Below, one piece after another: positions 44,959 through 59,340 of a stretch of 64,000 nucleotides of DNA. The notes under the pieces are model-generated. The model was not told where the DNA came from, did not search any database, and saw only the letters and a list, made by a program, of their open reading frames with translations. The stretch's first letter is position 1; the number at the start of each line of letters is the position of its first letter. Position numbers and translations under genes: made by a program. Origin of the DNA: the human T2T-CHM13v2.0 reference genome, Homo sapiens; the NCBI RefSeq assembly GCF_009914755.1, contig NC_060926.1; one strand, written 5' to 3'.

Positions 44959-46990
44959 TTGGTGACTGGTCATGCACCCCTTACCATCCCATTAAAACCT
45001 AATCACCCTTACCCCCCTCAATGCCAATATCCCATCCCACAGCACGCTTTAAAAGGATTAAAGCCTGTTATCACTTGCCTGTTACAGCATGGCCTTTTAA
45101 AGCCTATAAACTCTCCTTACAATTCCCCCATTTTACCTGTCCTAAAACCAGACAAGGCTTACAGGTTAGTTCAGGATCTGCGCCTTATCAACCAAATTGT
45201 TTTGCCTATCCACCCTGTGGTGCCAAACCCATATACTCTCCTAGCCTCAATGCCCCCCTCCACAACCCATTATTCTGTCTGGATTTCAAACATGCTTTCT
45301 TTACTATTCCTTTGCACCCTTCATCCCAGCCTCTCTTCGCTTTCACTTGGACTGACCCTGACACCCATCAGGCTCAGCAAATTACCTGGGCTGTGCTGCC
45401 GCAAGGCTTCACAGACGGCCCCCATTACTTCAATCAAGCCCAAATTTCTTTCAATCAAGCCCAAATTTCTTCCTCATCTGTTACTTATCTCGGCGTAATT
45501 CTCATAAAAACACACGTGCTCTCCCTGCCGATTGTGTCCAACTGATCTCTCAAACCCCAACACCTTCTACAAAACAATAACTCCTTTCCTTCCTAGGCAT
45601 GGTTAGATACTTTCGACTTTAGACACCTGGTTTTGCCATCCTAACAAAACCATTATATAAACTCACAAAAAGAAACCTATCTGACCCCATAGATCCTAAA
45701 TCCTTTCCCCACTCCTCTTTCCGTTCCTTGAAGACAGCTTTAGAGACTTCCCCCACCCTAACTCTCCCTGACTCATCAGAACCCTTTTCATTACCCACAG
45801 CTGAAGTGCAGGACTGTGCAGTCAGAATTCTTACACAAGAACTGGGACCACACCCTGTAGCCTTTTTATCCCAACAACTTGACCTTACTGTTTTGCCTAG
45901 CCCTCAAGTCTGCGTGCGGCAGCTGCCGCTGCCCTAATACTTTTAGAGGCCCTTAAAATCACGAACTATGATCAACAGTTCTCATAACTTCCAAAATCTA
46001 TTTTCTTCCTCACACCTGACACATATACTGTCTGCTCCCTGGCTTCTTCAGCTGTACTCACTCTTTGTTGAGTCTCCCACAATCACCACTGTTCCTGGCC
46101 CGGACTTCAATCCAGCCTCCCACATTATTCCAGATACCACACCTGACCCCCACGACTGTATCTCTCTGATCCACCTGACATTCACCCCATTTCCCCATAT
46201 TTCCTTCTTTCTTGTTCCTCACCCTGATCACACTTAGTTTATTGATGGCAGTTCCCACCAGGCCTAATCGCCACACACCAGCAAAGGCAGGCTATGCTAT
46301 AGTACAAGCCACTACCCCGCCTCTTAGAACCTCTCATTTCATTTCCATCGTGGAAATCTATCCTCAAGGAAATAACTTCTCAGTGTTCCATCTGCTATTC
46401 TACTACTCCTCAGGGATTATTCTGGCCCCCTCCCTTCCCTACACATGAAGCTCGGAGATTTGCCCCCACCCAGGACTGGCAAATTAGCTTTACTCAACAT
46501 GCCCCAAGTCAGGAAACTAAAATACCTCTTGGCCTGGGTAGACATTTTCACTGGATAGGTAGAGGACTTTCCCACAGGGTCTAAGAAGGCCACCATGGTC
46601 ATTTCTTCCCTTCTGTCAGACATAATTCCTCAGTTTGGGCTTCCCACCTCTTCACAGTCTGATAACAGACCAGCGTTTATTAGTCAAATCAGCCAAGCAT
46701 TTTTTCAGACTCTTGGTATTCAGTGAAACCTTTACATCCCTTACCATCCTCAATCTTCAGGAAAGGTAGAATGGACTAATGGTCCTTTAGAAACACACCT
46801 CACCAATCTCAGCCACCAACTTAAAAAGGACTGTACAATACTTTTACCACTTGCCCTTCTCAGAATTCAGGCCTGTCCTCGGAATGCTACAGGTTATAGC
46901 CCATTTAAGCTCCTGTATGGATGCTCCTTTTTATTAGGCCCCAGTCTCATTCCAGATACCAGACCAACTTGGACTGTGCCCCAAAAAACT
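44959..46990 (+). pseudogene. HERV-H pol remnant (RT, RNase H, integrase; deleted and frameshifted)
   Basis: 'SPYNSPILPVLKPDKAYRLVQDLRLIN', 'LDFKHAFFTIPLHP', 'TWAVLPQGF'; integrase 'SDNRPAF' and 'HPQSSGKVE'; no YxDD motif. Confidence 0.92.
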
Positions 46991-47559
46991 TGTCATCCCT
47001 ACTATCTTCTCTCTAGTCATACTCCTATTCACTGTTCTCAACTACTCCTGCATGCCCTGCTCTTGTTTACACTGCCGGTTTACACTGTTTCTCCAAGCCA
47101 TCACAGCTGATATCTCCTGGTGCTATCCCCAAACTGCCACTCTTAACTCTTAACGTAAATAAATAATCTTTGCTGGCAAGGCTATGCTGAACCTCCTTAG
47201 GCACTCTCTAATTAGATGTCCTGGGTCCTCCCAATTCTTAGTCCTTTAATACCTGTTTTTCTCCTTCTCTTATTCCATTTAGTTTTCAATTCATACAAAA
47301 CCATATCCAGGCCATCACCAATAATTCTACACAACAAATGTTTCTTCTAACAACCCCACAATATCACCCCTTACCACAAAATCTTCCTTCAGCTTAATCT
47401 CTCCCACTCCAGGTTCCCATGCCGCCCCAATCCCGCTCGAAGCAGTCCTGAGAAACATCACCCATTATCTCTCCATACCACCCCCAAAAATTTTCGCCGC
47501 CCCAACACTTTACAACTATTTCGGTTTTTTTTTTTCTTATTAATATAAGAAGACAGGAA

Positions 47560-47973
47560 TGTCAGGCCTCTGAGCCCAAGCTAAGCCATCATATCCCCTG
47601 TGACCTGCACATACACATCCAGATGGCCAGTTCCTGCCTTAACTGATGAGATTCCACCACAAGAGAAGTGAAAATGGCCTGTTCCTGCCTTAACTGATGA
47701 CATTACCTTGTGAAATTCCTTCTCCTGGCTCACCTGGCTCAAAAGCTCCCCCGCCAAGCACCTTGTGACCCCCACCCCTGACCACCAGAGAACAACCCCC
47801 CTTTGACTGTAATTTTCCTTTACCTACCCAAATCTTATAAAATGGCCCCACCCCTATCTCCCTTCGCTGACTCTCTTTTTTGGACTCAGCCCACCTGCAC
47901 CTGGCTGAAATAAACAGCCTTGTTGCTCACACAAAGCCTGTTTGGTGTTCTCTTCACAGGGACGTGAGTAAAA
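47560..47973 (+). promoter_or_regulatory. HERV-H 3' LTR (LTR7), preceded by the polypurine tract aagaagacaggaa
   Basis: Homologous to 42330-42747. Confidence 0.93.
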
Positions 47974-48996
47974 ATGGTACAGCTCAGGCCATGGATTCAG
48001 AGGGTGCAAGCCCCAAGCCTTGGCAGCTTCCATGTGGTGTTGAGCTTGCAGGTACACAGAAGTCAGGAATTGAGGTTGGGAACCTCCACCTAGATTTCAG
48101 AGGATGTATGGAAATGCCTGGACGTTCAGGCGGAAGTTTGCTGCAAAGGTGGTCCCTCATGGAGAACCTCTGCTAGGGCAGTGCAGAAGGTAAATGTGGG
48201 GTTGGAGTCCACACACAGAGTCCCAAATGGGGAACTCTCTACTGGAGCTGTGAGAGAAGGCCCACTGTCCTTCAGACCCCAAAATGGTAGGTCCACTGAT
48301 CCACCTGTAAAGGCCACAGACACTCAGTGCCAGCCAGCTAAGCAGCCAGGAATGGGGCTGTACCCTTTGAAGCCACAGGGGCTGAGCTTCCCAAGGCTGT
48401 TGGAGTCCACCTCTTACATCAGTGTGACCTGGATGTGACACATGGAGCCAAAAGAGATCATTTTGCAACTGTAAGATTTGGTGATGCCCTGTTGAAGTTT
48501 GGACTTTCATGGGGCCTATAGCCCCTTTGTTTTGGCCAACTTCTCCCATTTGGAATGGGCATATTTACCCAATGCCTGTACCCCCATTTTATCTAAAAAG
48601 TAACTGACTTGCTTTCAGATTTACAGGCTCATAGGCAGAAGGGACTTGCCTTGTTTCAGATGAGACTTTTGACTTGAACTTTGGGATTAATGCTGGAATG
48701 AGCTAAGACTTTGGGGGACTGTTGAAAAGGCATGATTGTGTTTGTAAGGACATGACATTTAGGAGGGACCAGGGTTGGAATGATATGGTTTTGCTCTGTG
48801 TCCCCACTGAAATCTCATCTTGATTTGTAATTCCCATAATCCCCACATATCATGGGAGGGACCTAGTGGGAGGTAATTGAATCCTGGGAGCAGTTCCCTC
48901 ATGCTGTTCATGTGATAGTGAGTGAGTTCGCACAAGAACTGATGGTTTTATAAGGGGCCTTTCCCCACTTCACTTGGCACTTCTCTTCCCTGCCAC

Positions 48997-49473
48997 TATG
49001 GGAGGAGACCACCCCTCATATTGTCTTATGCCCAATTTCTGCCTCCAAAGAAAGAAGAAGTAAAAACTAAAAGGCAGAAATGAAATCCATAGGCAGGCAG
49101 CCCGACGCCACATCCTGGGCCTGGTAGTTAAAGATCGACCCCTGACCTAATCAGTTATGTTATCTATAGAGTACAGACATTGTATAGAAAAGCACTGTGA
49201 AAAATCCCTGTCCTTTTCTGTTCTGTTCTAATTACCAGTGCATGCAGCCCCCAGTCACGTACCCCCTGCTTGCTCAATCGATCACGACCCTCTCACGTGG
49301 ACCCCCTCACGTGGACCACCTTAGAGTTGTAAGCCCTTAAAAGGGACAGGAATTGCTCACTCGGGGAGCTCAGTTTTTGGAGATGTGAGTCTGCCGATGC
49401 TCCCAGCTGAATAAAGCCCTTCTTTCTACAACTCAGTGTCTGAGGGATTTTGTCTGCGTCTTGTCCTGCTACA
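48997..49473 (+). mobile_element. LTR15-like solo LTR inserted in the THE1 3' LTR
   Basis: 'gggaggagaccacccctcatattgtcttatgcccaatttctgcc' through 'gtcctgctaca'; AATAAA at 49410; 4-bp TSD CCAC. Confidence 0.8.
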
Positions 49474-52221
49474 CCACCAGGTGAAGAAGGAAGTGTTTGC
49501 TTCTTCTTCCACCATGATTGTAAGTGTGCTGAGGCCTCCCAAGGCATGTGGAATGGTGAGTCAATTAAACCTCTTTCCTTTATAAATTACTCAGTCTTGT
49601 TTATGTTCTTATAGCAGCATGAAAATGAACTAATACAGTAAATAAATAAATATATACATGCACACACACAAACACCATGACCAAATGATCAAGTCAAGTC
49701 TATTTCAGGGATAAGCGCAAGGTAATTTCAATATTCACAAATGTAAATCAATATTCACCACAACAGGTTAAAGAAGAAAAATCACATAATTATGCCAATT
49801 GATGCAGAAAAAGCATTTGAAAAAGTCAGCACCCATCCATGATAAATAGTTCTCAGAAAAACAGGAATAGAGAGAAACTTCCTCAACATGATAAAGGCAT
49901 TAAAAAATCTATATCTAATTTAGCACTTTGTTGTGAACAGATGAGAAAGGAAAAAATAAAACTGTTCTTACTTGGAGATGGCATAATTATCTACATAAAA
50001 ACAAAACAAAAAATCTGCAAGAAGATACCTTCTAGAGTCAATATGTAAGTTCACATAAATATATGAAAATAAATTGCATTTATGTACTAGCAACACACAT
50101 GTCAAAATATCCAGTCAATAGTCTAGTCATGATATTAATATATAGTTTTACAAGATGTTACTATTGGGGAAAACTGGGTAAAGGAACAAGGGATATTTCC
50201 CTGTAATTTCTAAGAACTGCATATAAATCTACAATTACCTCAAAAGTTTAAATTAAAAAGGTGTTTAGTTTAACTGTTTACAATGGCCTGCTTCGATTTG
50301 GAGAAAATTTTACTCTTATTATTTCTTCTATTGCTTTAATTTTCTGCCTAATTATGTATTCACATTATAATCAGTAAAAAATATTTTACTTCAGAAAAAA
50401 AGCAGACAAAGTATGCAAAAACATAAAGAAAAACATCATAAAAATGCTTTATGAATAAATTATAAATTTCAGGTAGTGCTAGAAAGGGTAGTTCTTATAC
50501 AGATATTTAAAGAACATGTAGATGTAACATGAATAGAATCAAAAAGGATTATCTCCATGGAGCTAAAGTAACATTTTAAGAAGAGCATACTTAAAATACA
50601 TTTTAAAAAATAATTTTCTTTTAAAAAAAGAAACTTGGGAGCATTTTTAAATTTTCTTTGTACGTTAAACTGTGTGATTAATTAGAAATTTAGAAGATCT
50701 AACAGGGCAAATATCTGATTATCATATGAATATGGAAAGTGGGCAAGAAGTTACACTGAATATTCTGTTAGCTCTCAAGAGCAAGGGGAAAAACAATTCT
50801 AGAGATTCAGTCTTTGCAGTAGAAAAAACTAAACATACATTGCATCATTGTGTAGCAGAGTCTAATGTTAGAGAAGGCAAATGGAGAATCCCAACAACAC
50901 CCACGTTATAGTTATAAATGAGTCTGTGCAATGGAGATTTTTGATTTTGATGTAAAATTTGGTACAGATGAATCGCTGAGGTGCAGTTTAAAGAAGGTAT
51001 ATAAAGTATGAATACTACAGTATCCTTTGACATTCCCTTTTTGAACATGCAGCTTCAAGCAGATATTTTCCATTCCAAATGAAGGAAACTAAATTCAAAA
51101 TAGTTTAATCTAAACATGGGATGGATTGGAAGGATATAAGATAGCTGCAAAAATTAAAGGAAGAACTGCAGGAACCGGGCATCTCAGAGGCATTAGAGTA
51201 TGAATCTGAGGATTTGTTCCTGTAAGACTCCTTCTGCTTCTTGTATACTTCTTGGGCTTTGTCACATGAAAAAGACTTGCTCCCTGAAGGGTTTTTTAGA
51301 CTACATTTAATACTTGATATCCAAAAGAGAAGAGAGAATTCTTCCTGCTAGTTCTACTTAGAAAAACCCCACAGAACTCTGCTTTTCCTAACTTGAATCA
51401 TGTGACTACTCCCATACTGGCAATTTGGCCAGATTAATGAATGCTAGCCATGACTCACCTCACTTATGTCACATATCCAACCTACAAGAAGGAGAGAGAA
51501 ATGTTCTGGGCAGACTAAAATAATGTGTTCTACAGAGACAACATTATAAGCAGGATCAGAGGAAAGTGACATAAGGATAAACTGACTTGAGAAAGAAAGT
51601 GAGAAAATAGCCAGAGGGTTCTTTCCCTTGTTTTATTTTTGCCATATTTTTTCCACTGGGGCACTCAAATATTCTCTTCTTTTTTTGTTCATAAAAGACT
51701 AGCATTGAGAATTTCATTTAATTAGCCCAAATGTGTTAAATGAGAACGATTTCAAAAAATGGACTCTTTCCTTATTCTTAATTATTATAGTAAACATAAA
51801 AGCAAATCACACTTTTTCAGTATTGAAAATAAATAGTAGACACTAGATAACAGAGTACTTGGTAATAATTTGTGGGGAAATAATTACTATGGCTACGGTT
51901 TGAATGTATTTGTCCCTCCCAAAACTCATGTTGAAATTTAATCCCCAGTGCAACAATGTTGAGTGGTGAGACCTAACAGGAGATTTTTAGGTAGTGAGGT
52001 TCAATCCTCTTGAATGGATTAATGCCACAATAAAAAGGACTTGTTAAGTGGGTTCTTTCTCTTTTGCTTTTCTGCCACATGAGGATATAACATTTGTATC
52101 CATAGCAAGAAGGCCCTCACTAGACACCAGATGCCAGCACTTTAATATTTAACCTCTCAGTGGTTAAAAGGACAGTGAGAAATAAGTCTTTGTTCTTTAC
52201 AAATTACCCAGTTTGTCATAT

Positions 52222-52711
52222 ATACCCAAAGGAATATAAATCATTCTATTGTAAAGACACATGCACATGTATGCTTATTGAGGCACTATTTCCAATAGCA
52301 AAAACACAGAATCAACACAAATGCCCATTAATGATAGACTGGATAAAGAAAACGTGGTACCTATACACCATGGAATACTATGCTGCCATGAAAAAAGAGA
52401 GTTCACGTCCTTTCCAGGGACACGGATGAAGCTGGAAGCCATCATCCTCAGCAAACTAACACAGGAACAGAAAACCAAACACTGCATGTTCTCACTCATA
52501 AGTGGGAGTTGACATTAAGAACACACGGACACAGAGAGGGAAACAATACACACCAGGGCCTGTTGGGGGTGAGGGGTGAGGGGAGGGAACTTAGTGGATA
52601 GGTCAATATGTGCAGCAAACCACCATGGCACTCGTATACCTATGTAACAAACCTAAACATTCTGTACATATATCCTGTTATTCTTTTTTAGAAGAAATAA
52701 AGAAAAAACAT
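52222..52711 (+). mobile_element. 5'-truncated L1PA (L1PA8A-like) inserted in the MaLR 5' LTR
   Basis: L1PA ORF2 end and 3'UTR; 21-bp direct repeat aaattacccagtttgtcatat at 52201-52221 and 52712-52732. Confidence 0.92.
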
Positions 52712-53077
52712 AAATTACCCAGTTTGTCATATTGTGTTATAGCAACATAAAACTAAGACAGAAGTGGGTACCAGGAGTTGGGAGTTGCTATGACAACTAA
52801 AAATGTGGAAGTGGCTTTGGAACTGGGTAATAAATAGAGGCTGAAATAATTTGAAGGAACAATATAGAAAAAACCTATATTGCCATGAACAGAGCATTAA
52901 AGGTGATTCTGGTGAGGGCTCAGAAGAGGATAGCTGTAGAGGGAGCCTAATTCTTAGAAGTTTTTCTAGGTGATTATGAACAGAATGTTCATAGAAATAT
53001 GTACAGTAAAGGCCATTCTGATAAGGTCTCAGACAGAGATGAGGAACAAGACATTGGGAACTGGAGGAAAAGCCATC

Positions 53078-53961
53078 TGTGATGGTTAATATTGAGTGTC
53101 AACTTCATTGGACTGACGGATGCAAAGTATTGTTCCTGGGTGTGTCTGTGAGGGTGTTGCCAAAGAGATTAATATTTGAGTCAGTGGACTGGGGGAGCAG
53201 ACCCACCCTCTGTCTGGGTGGGCACCATCTAATTAGCTGCCTGTGTGAGCAGGATAAAGCAGGCAGAAGAAATTGGAAAGAGCAGACTTGCTGAGCCTTC
53301 TGGCCTTCATCTTTTTCTGTGCTGGATGCTTCCTGCCCTCAAACATCAGACTCCAATTTCTTCAGCTTTTGGAGTCTTGGACTTTGTATTAGTCTGTTCT
53401 CATGCTGCTAATAAAGACATACCCAAGACTAGGAAAAAGAGGTTTAATGAACTCACAGTTCTACATGGCTGGGGGAGCCTCACAGTCATGGCAGAAGGCA
53501 AAAGAGGAAAAAGGCATGTCTTACATGGCAGCAGGCAAGAGAATGAGTGCCAGCAGAGGAAATGCCAGACACTTACAAAACCATCAGATCTCGAAAGAAC
53601 TCACTATCATAAGAACAGTATGGGGAAAGCTGCCACCTGGTCCCCGCCCTTGACATCTTGGGGATTATTACAATTCAAAGTGAGATTTGGGTGGGGACAC
53701 AGAACCAAACCATATCAGACTTACACCAGTGAATTGCAAGGGGCTCTTGGGCCTTCAGCTACAGACTGAAGGCTGTACTCTTGGCTTCCCTACTTTTGAG
53801 GTTTTGGGACTTGGACTGGCTTCCTTGCTCCTCAGCTTGCAGATGGCCTATTGTGGGACTTCATCTCATGATCATGTAAGTCAATACTACTGAATAAACT
53901 CCCTTTCATATATACATCTATTCTATTAGTTTTGGCCCTCTAGAGAAGCCTAACTAATACA
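53078..53961 (+). mobile_element. MLT2A (HERV-L) solo LTR, interrupted by a THE1/MST LTR
   Basis: 'tgtgatggttaatattgagtgtcaact' through 'ccctctagagaagcctaactaataca'. Confidence 0.88.
53385..53717 (-). mobile_element. THE1/MSTA solo LTR
   Basis: 'tgtattagtctgttctcatgctgctaataaagacatacc' to 'aaaccatatca'; exact TSD GACTT. Confidence 0.92.
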
Positions 53962-54183
53962 CAACTTTCATTGTAAAGTGGCAAAAACAAATAAATAAAT
54001 AAATCTGGGCTGAATTTTGTCCAAGCCCAAGGGCTTTGTAGAAGGCAGAATTTAAGAGTAATGAACTGGGATATTTGGCAGAAGAAATATCTAAACAGCA
54101 AAATATTGAAGATGGTGCATGACTTCTTTTAGCTGCTTATAGTAAAATTCAAGAACTGGGAACAAAGAGGGAATTTGTAATTA

Positions 54184-54576
<393 letters not shown>

Positions 54577-57299
54577 CTAAGGGTGTGGCCAGAGATCATT
54601 TGATAAGGATATTAATATAAGTAGAAGGAATCCAGGTGCTATTCATCAAAACAATGGAGGAATGACTTTGAAGACATTTTGGAGTCTTTTGAGGCTCCAA
54701 TGCCCATCACATGCCCAGAGTTACAGGGCCTTGAGGGCAGAAAGTTTTCAAGAGAAGATCCTAGGGCACATGTGTGACCTTGAGTCTCACTACCCAGAAA
54801 CCACTTTAGATTGCTGCTGTCTGCATTCCAATGCAGTGCTTTTTGGCTTTTTCAGCTGTAGCTCAGGCATACCCAAGTGTGGCTCAAGCCATAGCTTCAG
54901 AGATTGGAAGTGGTAAGCCTTGGTGGTGTCTACATGCTGCTAATTCTGTAGGCACACAAAATTATAGAGAAATAGCTTCCTCTACCCAGATTTCAAAGGC
55001 CATCTCAAACAGCTTCAGGGCTGCCACAGACAGCCCTCAATAGGGTGATGTCCAGTGGAGTCGTGGGAGCAGGGTGCCCCAGAGATCCCATAATTGTGGA
55101 GCCAAATGTGTGCAACATCAGCCTGGAAGGGCCATAGTCACCTTACTTCAGCCTATGAGAGTGATACGAGCTGCACCCAGCAAAGTCACAGAAGCAGGTC
55201 TGACAGAGGCCTTGGGGCCCTAAACTTTATTTCAGTGTGTCCAGGACATAGAATCAAAGGTAATTATTCTGGATCTTTAAGATCTAACGTAGTTTGCCCT
55301 CTTGTGTTTTAGACTTACTTGGGACGTGTTGTTCCTTTCTTCTTTCCTATTTCTCCCTTTGGAATGGTAATATCCATCCTATGCTGTCTCATCATTGTAT
55401 TTTGGAAGCATATAAATTCTGTTATTTCAGAAGCTCACAGCTGGAGGAAAATATGCCTCAGGATGAATCATGCCTGGAATCTCACTCATATCTGATTTAG
55501 ATAAAACTCTGGATTTGGGAATTTTAAAGTCATGCTGTAACAAATTAAGACTTAGGCTACTGGAATGGAATGGATGTATTTTGTGTATAAGGATGAAATG
55601 AATTTGGGGGTGCCAAGGGCAGAATTCAATAGTTTGAATTTTTTTATTCCTTCCAAAACGAATGTTGAAACTTAATCCCCAAAGTAACAATGTTGGGAGA
55701 TGGGAAGTCTTTAGGTTATGAGGGCTCAACCTTCATGAATGGATTAATTGCACTGTAGAAAGGGCTTGTGGGAGTGAGCTCTTTTTCTTTCACTCTTCTG
55801 CAATGTGAGATCACAGTGTTCATCCCTGCTTGCGCTTCTGCCTTCCACCACATAAGGAGGCAGCAAGAAGGCCCTCACCAGACACCACATGCCAGTGCCT
55901 TGACTGGGGACCTCTCAGCCTTCAGAACTGTGAGAAATAAATTTCTGTTCTTTATAAATTATCCAGTGTGCAGTATTTTGTTATAGCAGCACAAAATGGA
56001 CTAAGAAAACCACCAAAGAAGTAAATTATTTTTGGAAATTCCAGGTTAAATGATGAATATGTGTTTAACTTTTTCTATCACTAATCACTTAATACAATAT
56101 GAAAATTATTAACTAACAAATAGCTACAATACCACATTCACACAGAGATTTAATGTTAACCTACCAGGCTTGCAATACACCCCCACAATGCCTTACAAAT
56201 TGTGGAACACAATTAATACCAAAGAGAGAAGCCAATGTTATAAGACTAATCTGAGTAATGGAAGTTGGGGATGTCTTTTGGAAACTCACGAATTTACCAG
56301 AAGTATTTTATCTGGAAAACTTTGTAACTATAAAAAGTATCATACATGTTTACTTTTTTCCCTAAGAAACACTATGTAATTTATTCACTATATTTCACTG
56401 GATTTAGAGATTTTACGTTTGGTAATTTGAAATATTTTGTTACTGGCAATAAAATTTAGAAAGGAACCTTTCTATCCCTTGCAGAGGGCTATTGGGATTT
56501 CAGTATTAGTATCTGGAAATCTATTTTCACTCCTTTTAAAAGGTGTTAAAAATAAATTTTCTAGTCAGAAAAATAGCCTCATGATTAAATGAATTAAAAT
56601 ATTCTCTGCATCTAGCAGATGCCATAAGTAATCCATTGTAAGTTTTTGCAACTTCGTTTCCACATACCTTATATCATCTAACACACAGCCGATTTATTAC
56701 CTCACCATAGGAACTATAAGACATGAAAGACTTCAAGGTCTGTGTTAATGCCAATTCCATAATAGACTCAGCATGTTGTTAAGTGCTGGTCTATATTAAC
56801 TAAGAGCTAGCAGTTTTTCTTATTTATTTTCAACATGTTAATGTGTTTTTTTTGAGATGGGAATGACTCATCTCAAATTCAGTCTATAGTGCAAAATGTA
56901 AGAAAAATTCCATAGGTAAAACTGTTATTTAACATAACAACAGAAGGAGAAAAAAAACAAAGCAAAAACCCAAAACTTGTATCAAAATTAAAAACCTATC
57001 AGATCTTTTCTTCATAATTACATAAGAATAATAAAATGTAAGAAAACTAAAATGCAAGTAATTATTGTTTTAAAAGTCATTCTGAGGGCATTATGAGTAT
57101 TTATTTTAAGAGCAACAAGCAGTACAATAACTTTGTGAAAAGCAAGTGAAGATAGGTTTGGGAAAGTCCAAACTAAACCTCATCTAAGAAACATGTAGGG
57201 AGACTTATAAACAGAAATGTTTTTAGAGTTTCAAATAGCTGGGCTCTTTTACTACCCTCTTAATAGAAAAGTTATATATTATTTTGTTTGTGCTCTTTG

Positions 57300-57445
57300 A
57301 ACATCCCTGACTCTTATATAGACACCTGAGGTAATTAGAATAGGTGATTATCACACCCAACTTAAATGTGAGAAAACTAACAAGTCTGTCACCGAAAGAA
57401 TAGACTAGAACCAAATCTTTTAATTCTAAACATAATATGCTTCAC
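57300..57445 (-). mobile_element. MIR fragment
   Basis: 'taggtgattatcacacccaacttaaatgtgagaaaacta...ctagaaccaaatcttttaattctaa'. Confidence 0.5.
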
Positions 57446-58988
57446 AGCTCAATTTGCTCTCAAAAGTTTAGACGTAGAGACAGCTGTGTGAGACAATATT
57501 AATAACATTGAAGGAGATTAAATTTCTTCACCATGTATTAAATATTTCCCACAAAAATCTGTTTTATCCTATTCTTAATCAGTCCAAAAAGCCTCTCTCC
57601 TTTATGAATTAATTACTTGAAAATGAGTAGTACAAAAATTTGTAAAACATAAGATGTCACTAGAATGCTTTTAAATGATAGTTACTCCTTGTTTATCTCA
57701 TGATTTTTTAAACATCAAGTGTCATAATTCCTATAGGTCACTATCCCATTTCTTACATTCTAATTAAATTATACAGAATTAAATTAACATAAATGTTCAA
57801 AGCAGAGGACACACCCAGATTTAGAGATTATATGAGTTCATCAGATTTCAGAATTTCTTTAAAAGATTAATTTCTTACCAACATATGAAACTCTTGTTAT
57901 CTAGTGAAATGCTAATTGTTTTGATTTTTATAAAGTTCATATTCTAGTGACTCCAAGATAGGACATTTGGTTACATTAACACATATCAACCCAGATATGT
58001 GCTAAAACAAGGGTATTTCATAAAGGGTGTAATACTAGACACCTGACAGTGGTATTTGCTCAGTTCTACAAAGTTTTATAAACAGTGAAAAGATTCATTG
58101 TCAGTGTTTGCTTTATCTACAAGAGTGATTACTTTAAAAACTGATTTAACAATAACCAGTTGAAATTTTTTGTTTGTTTTTATATTTCCCCAGGTATCAA
58201 AATACTGTATGTAATTGAGGGATGGAAATAGTTGCATTTGTTGCTTACCTATTAAGTGCCAACAACTTTATTAACTTTACACATTTTTATCACATTTAAA
58301 CATTCCACTGATACCAATCTTTACTCCTTAAAAGATTTCTGGACATATCACAGATCAAGTTACCACAAAGAATCAGGAATCTACGTTGGAAAATCATTTC
58401 ATTCTTTAGGTAGTTACAATAATGTTATCCCACTAAAGCCCTTTGGCTGCCTCAAATCTTGAACAAAATTGCAACAATACAGAGAACGTATACAACCTTT
58501 AAAGAAATAACTAGGTAACACACACAGAGAGAAATGACCGTTAGCATATGGACAATGAACACTGATGTTTCTCATTCATTTTAATTATTCTGCCATCTAA
58601 ATGCCAATTTCCACAGGTGGAGGGCTTGGTGGGTATGCAGGATTGATTATGAAGTGGTAGCTGGCTGCTCCTAACTGTTTTGTGCCAGTTAACAGTTTTC
58701 CTGGAATTGACTGCAACTAATACCCACTGCATTTATCTTCTCAAGAAAATATGGCATCCTATTCTAGATAAAATGAAAAAAACAAACAGCTACTACCCAA
58801 AATATTTCTCAAATTGAAAATACTGTGTAAAGGATAATTTTTAAAACCCAAGAAATAATACTGTAGTGATGTGACATACTAAAAAGACTTTCTGTTAGTC
58901 ACAAGCAGTCATTCTTTCATTCTGAATAATCTGTATTAAACAAAAATTAAACAAATAGTGCCTGACGGGTAGGAAACATCAAATATCT

Positions 58989-59340
58989 TGTTATGGATTG
59001 AATGTTTGTGTACCCCCTCATGCTCATATATTGAAGACCCCCAGTGCAATTATGTTTAGAGATGAGTTCTCTAAGAAAGTAATTAAGGTAAAAGGAGGTC
59101 ATGAATGGATCCTTGATCCAATAAGATTAGTGTCCTTATAAGAAGAGACACTAGAGAGCTCATGTGAGCACACAGCAAGGTGACAGCCATTTGTAAGCCA
59201 AGAAGACCCTCACTAGAAATGGAATTTGCTGTCACCTTGATATTGGATTCCTCAGCATCCAGAACTGTGAGAAAATAAATTTCTATTGTTTCAGCAATGC
59301 AGTGTGTGGTATTTTGTTATAGCAGCCTGAGAAGATTCAT
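58989..59340 (+). mobile_element. MLT1A-type solo LTR
   Basis: 'tgttatggattgaatgtttgtgt', 'gattagtgtccttataagaagagac', 'ccagaactgtgagaaaataaatttct'. Confidence 0.85.

Larger units (their letters stand above)
42330..47973 (+). mobile_element. HERV-H provirus (deleted RTVL-H2-type, about 5.6 kb) with two LTR7s
   Basis: Two LTRs, tRNA-His PBS, gag/pro/pol remnants, PPT, exact TSD ATGGT at 42325-42329 and 47974-47978. Confidence 0.97.
41087..49637 (+). mobile_element. THE1 (THE1D-like) lacking its 5' LTR and split by three LTR-element insertions; 3' LTR 48781-49637
   Basis: Internal pieces 41087-41139, 41636-42329 and 47974-48780 are colinear with the THE1 at 27.7-29.6 kb; 3' LTR runs 'tgatatggtt' to 'taataca'. 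Confidence 0.9.

Noticed and set aside
46990-47546. Possible HERV-H env
   Set aside because: Only a short remnant with no ORF; env is largely deleted, as usual for this HERV-H form.
58165-58260. Strong-looking splice acceptor 'tttttatatttccccag|gt'
   Set aside because: No convincing reading frame or paired donor; an exon cannot be supported without transcript data.
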